Below are positions 26,586 to 34,401 of a stretch of 64,000 nt of DNA, piece by piece. The position numbers were made by a program, and so were the translations under genes. The stretch comes from Candidatus Anaeroferrophillus wilburensis (GTDB lineage: Bacteria; Desulfobacterota; Anaeroferrophillalia; Anaeroferrophillales; Anaeroferrophillaceae): NCBI GenBank assembly GCA_016934315.1, contig JAFGSY010000021.1, positions 25,470 to 89,469 on the forward strand, read 5' to 3'. A model generated the notes under the pieces. The model searched no databases. It was not told the DNA's origin and saw only the letters and a program-made list of their open reading frames with translations. Every line of letters starts with the position of its first letter. Position 1 is the stretch's first letter.

Positions 26586-27172
26586 AGAAAAAGTCCTATG
26601 TCCGGCGAACCTACCTGGTTGACCGGACTTTCCAGGTTCGTTTTTCGCTGCTTTTTTTCGGTGGCGTAATGGTGCTCGGCCTGCTGGCCGGGGTGGCCAC
26701 CTATGTGCCGGCCAGAAATATGCTTGTCCGCCATCTCTATTCACCCCATATTTCCTTTGCCGCCTCCGGCGAGATTCTCGCCAGGCTGTTTATCTGGCTG
26801 AATGTCGGTTTTGCCTTACCGTTGATTGTCTTTTCTCTGATGCTGGTTACCTGGTATGTCCGGCGGACGGCCGGTTCTCTGCAAAGGCTGCGGGCCAGCC
26901 TGGCAGTCTTGGCCGCCGGCCGGATTCCCCCAGCGCTTTTTTTTCGCCGTCGTGACCCTTTAAACGCTGTTGCGGCGGACCTCAACCTGATGGTCGTGAG
27001 CTTTAGGGACCGCCAGCAGATCATTATCCAACACCTGCAGGCTGCCAGAGCGTTGTTGAAGATTGAGGATGAGCGTGAAGGTTTGTCTCAGCCTTTACCA
27101 GTCTTGGAACAGGTGCGGCGGGAGGTTCAGGCAGCCCTGGAGGTCATTCCCGAGAGGGAGGCTCTGCTATGA
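26582..27172 (+). CDS. small 2-TM membrane protein with a HAMP-like linker (paralog of 25160..25729)
   Basis: ATGA overlap with the cytochrome stop. The N-terminus is KKKSYVRRTYLVDRTFQVRFSLLFFGGVMVLGLL, a second TM follows, then WYVRRTAGSLQRLRASLAVLAAGRIP. Confidence 0.6.
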   Translation: MKKKSYVRRTYLVDRTFQVRFSLLFFGGVMVLGLLAGVATYVPARNMLVRHLYSPHISFAASGEILARLFIWLNVGFALPLIVFSLMLVTWYVRRTAGSLQRLRASLAVLAAGRIPPALFFRRRDPLNAVAADLNLMVVSFRDRQQIIIQHLQAARALLKIEDEREGLSQPLPVLEQVRREVQAALEVIPEREALL

Positions 27173-28215
27173 AGGGGGGATGTGGCGAACAGTGGCGATG
27201 CATCCTTTTTCTGATGTTGTTTATGCTGGCCTCCTGTTCAACCGGAACCCTGCAGGAACAAGGTGGCCTCGAGCCCGTGCCGGTGTGGCCGGCACCGCCT
27301 GCAGCAGCTCGGATTGTCTGGGTAGAGGAGGTCAGCCGGTTTCAGGATATTTGTGGCCAGCCAGGCTTCTGGCAGCGGCTCAAAGAGGTCCTGGTGGGCA
27401 AAATAAGCACCGGCATGGTTAAACCCTATGGCATCTATATAGACGAGGAACAACGTCTGTACGTGGTTGATTCAGGCAGCGGTTTCATCCACCTGATGGA
27501 TCCTAATGCCGGCTGCTACCGGGCCATCCCCGGGCCGGATGACGGCTTGGTGCTGCCGTCGCCCATCGGTGTTGCCGGTGATGATCAGGGGCAGGTGTTT
27601 ATCACCGATTCCAAGTTGGGGAAGGTGTACCGCTACCTTCCCGATGATGGTTCCCTGCAGCCGCTGACCAGGATGACCCTCAAGCGGCCCGCCGGGATTG
27701 CCTACCACCGGCTCAACCGGCTGCTCTATGTGGCTGAAGCGGGTGTACACCAGGTGGTGGCCTTTGACCGTCAGGGGATCGAACAGTTTCGTTTTGGCAG
27801 CCATGGCAAGAGGCCGGGAGAATTTAACTTCCCTACTGCTGTCTGTGTCGATCAGCGGGGCCAGGTACTGGTGACGGACGCCCTTAATGCCCGGGTGCAG
27901 ATATTTACCCCTGAAGGCCAGTTTGTCGCTGCTTTCGGGGAGCCCGGTGATACTTCCGGGACCTTTGCCAAACCGAAAGGGGTGGCGGTCGACAGCGAGG
28001 GGCATGTCTACGTCTGTGATGCCCTGTTTGATGCCGTCCAGATCTTTGACCAGGAGGGCAGGCTGTTGCTAACCTTCGGCCAGAGTGGCTCTGCGCCCGG
28101 AGAGTTCTGGATGCCCAGCGGTATCAGTATTGACAGCCGCGATTATATCTATGTTGCTGATTCCTATAATCGCCGGGTCCAGGTATTCAGATATGTGAGG
28201 GAAGGCGAAAGGTGA
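27169..28215 (+). CDS. NHL-repeat beta-propeller lipoprotein (second copy)
   Basis: Lipobox LASC. NHL blades include PYGIYIDEEQRLYVVD, PIGVAGDDQGQVFITD, PAGIAYHRLNRLLYVAE, PTAVCVDQRGQVLVTD, PKGVAVDSEGHVYVCD and PSGISIDSRDYIYVAD. Confidence 0.85.
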   Translation: MKGGCGEQWRCILFLMLFMLASCSTGTLQEQGGLEPVPVWPAPPAAARIVWVEEVSRFQDICGQPGFWQRLKEVLVGKISTGMVKPYGIYIDEEQRLYVVDSGSGFIHLMDPNAGCYRAIPGPDDGLVLPSPIGVAGDDQGQVFITDSKLGKVYRYLPDDGSLQPLTRMTLKRPAGIAYHRLNRLLYVAEAGVHQVVAFDRQGIEQFRFGSHGKRPGEFNFPTAVCVDQRGQVLVTDALNARVQIFTPEGQFVAAFGEPGDTSGTFAKPKGVAVDSEGHVYVCDALFDAVQIFDQEGRLLLTFGQSGSAPGEFWMPSGISIDSRDYIYVADSYNRRVQVFRYVREGER

Positions 28216-28265
28216 AAGGCGAAAGGTTGAAGGATCAAGGCTCAAGGATAAGAGAGAAAGGTTGA
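28203..28265 (+). repeat. heptad-periodic array (9 x 7 nt, AGG-phased)
   Basis: AGGCGAA AGGTGAA AGGCGAA AGGTTGA AGGATCA AGGCTCA AGGATAA GAGAGAA AGGTTGA. It spans the NHL gene stop and the spacer before the next cytochrome gene. Confidence 0.8.
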
Positions 28266-28325
28266 TGGCTGGCGGAAAGGGACTGTCGGGTGAGTCGGAG
28301 ACTGCGGGATAAAGGTAGGAAGCAG

Positions 28326-29972
28326 ATGAAAAAGAATGCTGAAGGTTGCAGGATGGTGTTGGCGGTTGTCCTGGTGATGCTGCTGGGTATCTCGACGGGA
28401 TGGGCGGCCGGGGTTGCCGATACCCGGCACAATTTGTCGGTGAGTGGCCCCGGCGAGATTGTAGCCACCGCTGAGGTGCGGATCTGTATCTTCTGCCATA
28501 CGCCCCACCATGCCAGTCCCACCCAGCCGTTGTGGAGCCGGGAGCTGAGCGGAGCTTCCTACGACCTTTATGCCTCGACCACCATCAAGGCCCAGCCGGG
28601 GCAGCCCACCGGCGCCTCCCGTCTCTGTCTCAGCTGTCATGACGGCACCGTGGCCCTCGGGCTGCTCCACGATGCCGCAGTACCGATCACCATGGCCGGC
28701 GGCATCACGACCCTGCCGTCGTCCCGATCCACCAACTTGCAGACCGATCTTGCCGATGATCATCCCATCTCCTTTGCCTACACCGCTGCTCTGGCTGCTG
28801 TTAATGGTGAACTGCGGGATCCCGCAACCCTGCCGGCGGCCATTAAATTGGAGGAGGGCAGCCAGCTCCAGTGCACCGCCTGCCACAACCCCCATAAGGA
28901 TCCATACGGCAAGTTCCTGGTGATGGACAACGCCGGCGCGGCGCTCTGCGTCGCCTGCCATGATAAAACCGGCTGGGCATCAAGCACCCACGCCACGGCT
29001 TCGGGGGTTGCCGGCCAGGGCTGCAATGCCTGCCATGTACCCCATAATGCCGGCGGCCGGGAGCGGCTGTTGAAAAGTCAGCAGGAAGAGCAGAACTGTT
29101 TTCCCTGCCATGACACCAGCGGCAGCGAGATCGATGTGCTGACCGATTTTACCAAGTTGCACCATCACCCGGTGGAGGCAACAGCCGGTGAGCATGATCC
29201 CCTGGAGGACCCGCTCACTGCCCTCTATCACGTGGAGTGCAGCGACTGTCACAATCCCCACCGGCTCAACGACACGGCGGCGACGCCGCCTTTAGTGACC
29301 GGCCAACTGGCTGGCGTCAAGGGGGTTACCATTGCCGGTCTGGTGGTGGCCGAATCCCAGTACCAGTATGAGATCTGCTTCCGCTGCCACGCCGACAACT
29401 CCTTTTCCCCGGTGGTCGCCATTCCCCGGCAGATCCAGGAAGTCAACGAGCGGCTCCGCTTTGACCCGGCCAATCCCTCCTACCATCCGGTGGCCGCCAT
29501 CGGCAAACAGCCCTCGGTTCCCAGCCTGAGGCCGGAGTATTCGTCTGCCAGCATGATCTACTGCAGCGACTGTCATAACAGCGACACCGGAAGCATGGTC
29601 GGTGGTGCCGGGGCTGATGGCGTCCATGGCTCCAGCAATCCCCGGCTGCTGGTGGCCCGCTATGAGCAGGATGCCTACCCGCTGAGCTACGCGGAAAGCA
29701 ATTATGCCCTCTGTTTCCGCTGCCATGATCCCAATGTGCTCATGGACCGTTTCCGGTCCAACTTTCCCAGTCACCGTAGTCATGTGATTGCCAAGCAGAC
29801 TCCCTGCTCCGTCTGTCACGATCCCCATGGGGTGCCGCTGGTGGGGGGCGCTACCACCACCGGCAACGCCCATCTGATCAACTATGATAGCCGCTTTGTT
29901 ACCGGCACCTATAATTCGGTGACCCGCAGCTGCACGGTAAACTGTCATATGATGAACCCCCGCAGTTATTAA
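28326..29972 (+). CDS. multiheme c-type cytochrome (11 CXXCH plus a C-terminal CX3CH)
   Basis: Start at MKKNAEGCRMVLAVVLVMLLGISTGWA within ORF 28290..29972. The first 210 aa or so are homologous to the 20325 tetraheme protein (CIFCHTPHH, CLSCHDG, DHPISFAY, CTACHNPH, CVACHDK). The C-terminus is SCTVNCH. Confidence 0.85.
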   Translation: MKKNAEGCRMVLAVVLVMLLGISTGWAAGVADTRHNLSVSGPGEIVATAEVRICIFCHTPHHASPTQPLWSRELSGASYDLYASTTIKAQPGQPTGASRLCLSCHDGTVALGLLHDAAVPITMAGGITTLPSSRSTNLQTDLADDHPISFAYTAALAAVNGELRDPATLPAAIKLEEGSQLQCTACHNPHKDPYGKFLVMDNAGAALCVACHDKTGWASSTHATASGVAGQGCNACHVPHNAGGRERLLKSQQEEQNCFPCHDTSGSEIDVLTDFTKLHHHPVEATAGEHDPLEDPLTALYHVECSDCHNPHRLNDTAATPPLVTGQLAGVKGVTIAGLVVAESQYQYEICFRCHADNSFSPVVAIPRQIQEVNERLRFDPANPSYHPVAAIGKQPSVPSLRPEYSSASMIYCSDCHNSDTGSMVGGAGADGVHGSSNPRLLVARYEQDAYPLSYAESNYALCFRCHDPNVLMDRFRSNFPSHRSHVIAKQTPCSVCHDPHGVPLVGGATTTGNAHLINYDSRFVTGTYNSVTRSCTVNCHMMNPRSY

Positions 29973-30042
29973 GCCCCTACCTCTCGCCGGCATTTGTCCG
30001 TCTTCCCTGCTGGAGCAGATCCCTTGTGCCAGGGTGATTCGT

Positions 30043-30079
30043 AAAAAACCGCCGCTGTTTTGCCGCCGGCGGTTTTTTT
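30043..30079 (+). terminator. intrinsic terminator
   Basis: AAAAAACCGCCG ... CGGCGGTTTTTTT hairpin directly after the 11-heme cytochrome gene. Confidence 0.75.
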
Positions 30080-30271
30080 ATGGCCGCGGCGGGTCAAATC
30101 CCCCTTAAGGGGAAGGGGATGGGTTATTTAGCCTGTGCTCTATCCTGTCATCATGAGTTATATCCCTCTCTCCACTCACTTGCCTTCTTAGTTCCTTGCA
30201 TATCTCATTAAAATTATTGATTTTATTAGATCCTGAAAAAAATTAAAGAAAGTTAAGAATATTCTGTTCTA

Positions 30272-30287
30272 CGGTATACATTGTGCA
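30272..30287 (+). promoter_or_regulatory. possible sigma-54 promoter for the giant cytochrome gene (weak -24 box)
   Basis: CGGTAT-ACATT-GTGCA has correct GG-N10-GC spacing. The -12 half ATTGTGCA is identical to that of the 20157 promoter. It lies about 220 nt upstream of the ATG at 30509 in AT-rich DNA. Confidence 0.35.
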
Positions 30288-30508
30288 TTTTAACTCAGTC
30301 ACAGTTGCAAGGCCTTCTTCAGGTTGTAACAGTAATCTGCCCTTAACGTCATCCCCATACCCCAATATGAGTGATGATCAAAAGCGGCTGGCTTTATGGA
30401 GGTGAACTGCAAAAAAAAGAGATTACCGAACAGATGATATGCAAGCAACCAGTCTGTGGCGAATAGTGATGCCGCCGGCAGACAACGGAAAACTTTTGGA
30501 GGGGAACA

Positions 30509-33500
30509 ATGAAAAAAATTCATCTAACCACCGCTTTGCTGGCGGCAGTGATTCTGCTGTTTGGTATGGTGGGCAGTTCCATGGCAATCCATCCCGACAT
30601 TGATTTGTTGGATGCCGACGGAAATCCCATTTCCTCGGCCGGTGGGCTGCAGCCGGCATTCAGTTATAAAACAACCTGTGGCGCCTGCCACAACGGGGTC
30701 AACCTTGACGGCGAGGGCAATGTCCTGCTGAGCTACGATGACATCGAACAGCACAGCCTGCATGCCCAATTGTCTGCCAACCAGTTCATGGGTTGGAACA
30801 TCTGGAATCCCGATTCAGCCAATTCCTACAAAAAAGGCCCGGCTCCGAAAGGCAAGAACTGGGTCCAGAGTCCCGGCCATTTCGGCAAGTGGTGACCGCC
30901 GTCAGCGCGCCAGTTGGCGCATCTTTTTGCTGACGCTTCAAATCCCACCTACGATGCCGCGAGCGCCAAATATAATGACGGCGGCATGAATCTAAACTTT
31001 ACTCCTTATAATTTTGGCAGCGAGGCTGCTTTTAAACAGCAGGTTGACCTGGCCATTGCCGGCATGATGCAGGATTGCGCCGAGTGCCATGTGGGCGGCG
31101 GGGCGATGGAATATGTTCCGGCCCCGACGGCCAACGCCAATGACCGGGTTTCTCTGCGTGACATCTATGCCACGCCGCTCAGCTATACCAAAGATTCCGG
31201 CGGCAATACAGTTCCTTTCGGGCCGTTTGACAGCAATATGTTTACCGCCTTCAACAAGTTCATCGATACTTTCGATGTTGACGGCGACGGTGATAAGCTG
31301 GAAGTGCTGGATGCCGACTGGCCGAATACCGGAGTCATCGAAATGGACTGTTTCCTCTGCCACCTCCAGGGCTACAAGTACCAGGACCGGGTTGCCGCCC
31401 AGCGGGCAGCCAAGTTCGACGTCTCCCGGGTGGTCGGCAGCGGTGTCGGGACGGCCAACACGCTTGCCTGGGATCCGAATTCCACCGTGCCGCCTGAAGG
31501 CTATGGTACCGACGTGACCTATAACAACTATGTTCAGGATAATGGTTCCGGCAACCTTAAATTCCACTATGCCATCAACTATTACCTGAAGGAATTTCCC
31601 CCCAGTGACAACTGTGCCTTCTGCCACTTCGGCAAACCCGCCGTCGACTGGAAGAAGCGCGGCGACAACTGGGCCAATGCCACCCAGACCTATGAGGTCC
31701 ATAAGGCTGTTGGCTGCATAGGCTGTCACCAGGCTAAAGTTGGCACGGTGATCGGTACTGACAACGTTGCCGACGGCAACCTCGGTCAGTGCGATCCGGC
31801 CAAGGGGATTGCCCCCTACAGCAGTGCCTGGAATAATACCGACGGTACCGTCAAGACCTGCGAAGACTGCCATCTCAATTACGGTTATGATGAAGATCTC
31901 GGCACCTACAGCCCCGCATACGGCGCTCCCAACCCAACCGGTGCCCATCAGGCTGCCGGGTTGACGGCGGTGCTCTGTCAAACCGGTGAAAATGGGGTGG
32001 CCAACGCCAGCCACCTGGATATTATCGACTGTGCCGCCTGTCACGTTCGCAAAATTGCCGATCCGGCCACCAACCCCTGGAACACCGGCGGTGCCATCGT
32101 TGATGCCACTGGCGCTGACATCGAAGGCCGCATGGCTGACCATGAAAACGAATATGTCCATCGGGAGATGTATGACCCCGACGACGATGCCACCAACATC
32201 ACCTTTTCCTGGCTGCAGGGCAAAATTATTGCCACCAGCGTCCTGAACACCGTCTACTGGCGCGACAAGAATGATGTCAACCACGACGTCAACGCTGATG
32301 GTCGCGGGGGCGGCATGGACACACCGCTGACCACCCATGTCCTGGCGGTCAATGAAGTCAACGGTTGGACAAACCTGGCCGAAGACAACCATGGTCATAT
32401 TACTAGTACGGAGATTGGTGCCCGGATCACTGCGCTGGAGAATGGACTGCCGGCTCTAACCGGCAAACCTGGTACGCCGGTCATCAAAATCTCAACCATG
32501 GCCGTGCCTTTCAAGGTCAATCACAACATCGCTCCGAAGCAGTACGCCATCGGCAAGCAGTGTACCGACTGCCATGGCAATACTGCTGATCTTGACAGCG
32601 ATGGCGACGGCATCAGCAACGGCGGCATCTTCAACGGCGCCTACACAATGCAGGGCGTCAATATGGATATGACCAATCTTGCTACTCAGGTAACGCCACT
32701 GACTAAGGCGAACTCCTTTGAGGATGTGACAGACTTCCATCCCAACACCAAGAACAAGTTGGCTACCCGGACCATTCCCATCAAAAACTGGAGTGGCCTG
32801 ACCACCATGCGTGCTGTGGACCGCAGTGAAACCCTGTGGGAAAACACCTTCAGGGCCCGTAATACCACTTGGCATGCCAACGGTGATCCCATCGTCGGCG
32901 GCGCCATCCCCTTCCCGGCTCCGGGGTCAACCGGTGCCAACACCAAGGGTCTGTGGCTCAAGGTCGAAGTTGACACCAATCTGGACGGCGTTACGGATGT
33001 GACCCGGACCCGGATGGTCAATTCCTTTGTTGACAGTACGGCTGGTATGTCTGGTCTGTTGAATGACCTTGGCTCCGGTGCTACTGATGGAACAGACTTC
33101 ACCGATGACTTCGAATTTGTGATTTCCGACAATGGTGCCGGCGGTCTGCAGATTGAAGCCAAGGCCGGCAATCAGATCCGTCTGAATCCGGCAACCACCT
33201 CCGGAGCCACGGGGCTCAATTTGGTGGGTTATGTCTGGACGCCGACCCCGATTATCGGTGTAGACGGCAATCCATATCCTGGTCGAACCGAGTGGGTTGC
33301 CTATCTGAATTCCATTAATCCAAACGATGTCGGTATCGGGCTTGATCCGATTGCCGATATCGCCACCATCGATGGTCAGGATCCTGATCTGGTGCTGCCT
33401 TACATTGAGATCATTAAGGGTAGTACGGTAACCTTGGTTGCCGACGATCCCGCTGCCGCCGGGGTTTTCAGGTATACCTGGACCTTCAGTGACAGCACTG

Positions 33501-33910
33501 CGGTTGGTGAGGCACAGTCGGTCCAGTATACCTTCAATACTACCGGCCTGGTTACCGTTTTCCTGACGGTCATCGACGAAGAGAACAAACTTTCCCAGCA
33601 GTCGGTCAAGGTCAATGTCATTGTGCCGCCGCCGGTAACGGGTCTTACCTATGATGCAACGGCCGGCGATCCGAATGTCACCTTGCATCTGGTCGGTCTG
33701 CCAACCCATGATAGACTTTATTTCTACTATGGTGACGGCCTCAGGCAGCAGATCTATGACTCTGCAGATTCCTTTGACTTGGTTCACACCTATCGTTTCA
33801 AAAGCAAGTATCTTACGGGAGGGAACTACAGCTACAATACCTCGGTACGGATCTACAATGGCAGCACCCTGGTTGAAACGCTGCAGGAAAACGTGCTGAT
33901 CCCTCAATGA
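30509..33910 (+). CDS. giant secreted octaheme c-type cytochrome with a PKD-like C-terminal domain; reading frame interrupted by one in-frame TGA (30893-30895), so either a candidate selenoprotein or a pseudogene
   Basis: ORFs 30509..30895 (signal peptide plus CGACH) and 30914..33910 (7 CXXCH, no signal peptide, no ATG/RBS) are in the same frame, separated only by a TGA. A hairpin follows the TGA. The C-terminal segment FRYTWTFSD...YTFNTTGLVTVFLTVIDEEN is PKD-like. Confidence 0.6.
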
Positions 33911-33993
33911 GCGAACTTTAGCCCAGGAGGCCGTTTCTCCGCGGCTTCCGATCCTGCTGTCGATGCCAGACGGCAGGACTCTCCTTGAAGTGG

Positions 33994-34027
33994 CGGTCCG
34001 GGAAGAAATTCCCGGGCCGTCTTTTTT
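33994..34027 (+). terminator. intrinsic terminator
   Basis: CGGTCCGGGAA-GAAA-TTCCCGGGCCG (11 bp with one G-U) followed by TCTTTTTT. Confidence 0.75.
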
Positions 34028-34043
34028 CATCCTTCGATTGCCC

Positions 34044-34072
34044 TTGACAGCAACCGGATGATGGTGTAAAAA
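34044..34072 (+). promoter_or_regulatory. sigma-70-like promoter of the trp operon
   Basis: TTGACA (34044-34049), a 17-nt spacer, then TAAAAA (34067-34072). This would place the transcription start at or next to the leader ATG. Confidence 0.4.
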
Positions 34073-34080
34073 ACGCTATT

Positions 34081-34152
34081 ATGAAATCAGCAACGTGGCG
34101 AAAATTCTGGTGGTGCACCGTATTGTTTTCAGGGATGGATATCCACTGCTGA
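34081..34152 (+). CDS. trpL: trp operon leader peptide (23 aa, 3 Trp including tandem WW)
   Basis: My translation reads MKSATWRKFWWCTVLFSGMDIHC*. A terminator hairpin follows and trpE is downstream. Confidence 0.6.
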   Translation: MKSATWRKFWWCTVLFSGMDIHC

Positions 34153-34181
34153 TTGCTGACTATGTAACGAGAATATGTCAA

Positions 34182-34210
34182 AGCCGTGGATGATCACCAC
34201 GGCTTTTTTT
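34182..34210 (+). terminator. trp attenuator terminator
   Basis: AGCCGTGG-ATGATCA-CCACGGCT followed by T7. Upstream ATCCAC (34141-34146) can instead pair with GTGGAT (34186-34191), giving an antiterminator option. Confidence 0.7.
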
Positions 34211-34236
34211 GTGCTAAGTGACGGTCATTGTATGAA

Positions 34237-34368
34237 GCTGTCAAGGGTACAGGTTCCCGCTCATTCTCGCCGGCCAACCATGGCCGGCTCCGAGGTGTCC
34301 GCCGCGAATCACCATCCAGGTGATTCGCCAAGCGCCAAAAACCGCTCGAAACCTGTACCCTTGACAGC
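34237..34368 (+). repeat. intergenic palindromic element, copy 2 (132 nt)
   Basis: Outer 19-bp perfect stem GCTGTCAAGGGTACAGGTT / AACCTGTACCCTTGACAGC with the same core as copy 1. It lies between the attenuator and the trpE ATG. Confidence 0.9.
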
Positions 34369-34401
34369 TTACAATCCCGATACCACCCAGGTGAGGTATT
34401 C

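Noticed and set aside
30914-30916. TTG at 30914 as an independent start for the 998-aa cytochrome ORF
   Set aside because: It has no ribosome-binding site and no signal peptide, and it lies inside the hairpin that follows the in-frame TGA. The fused reading (Sec or pseudogene) explains the data better.
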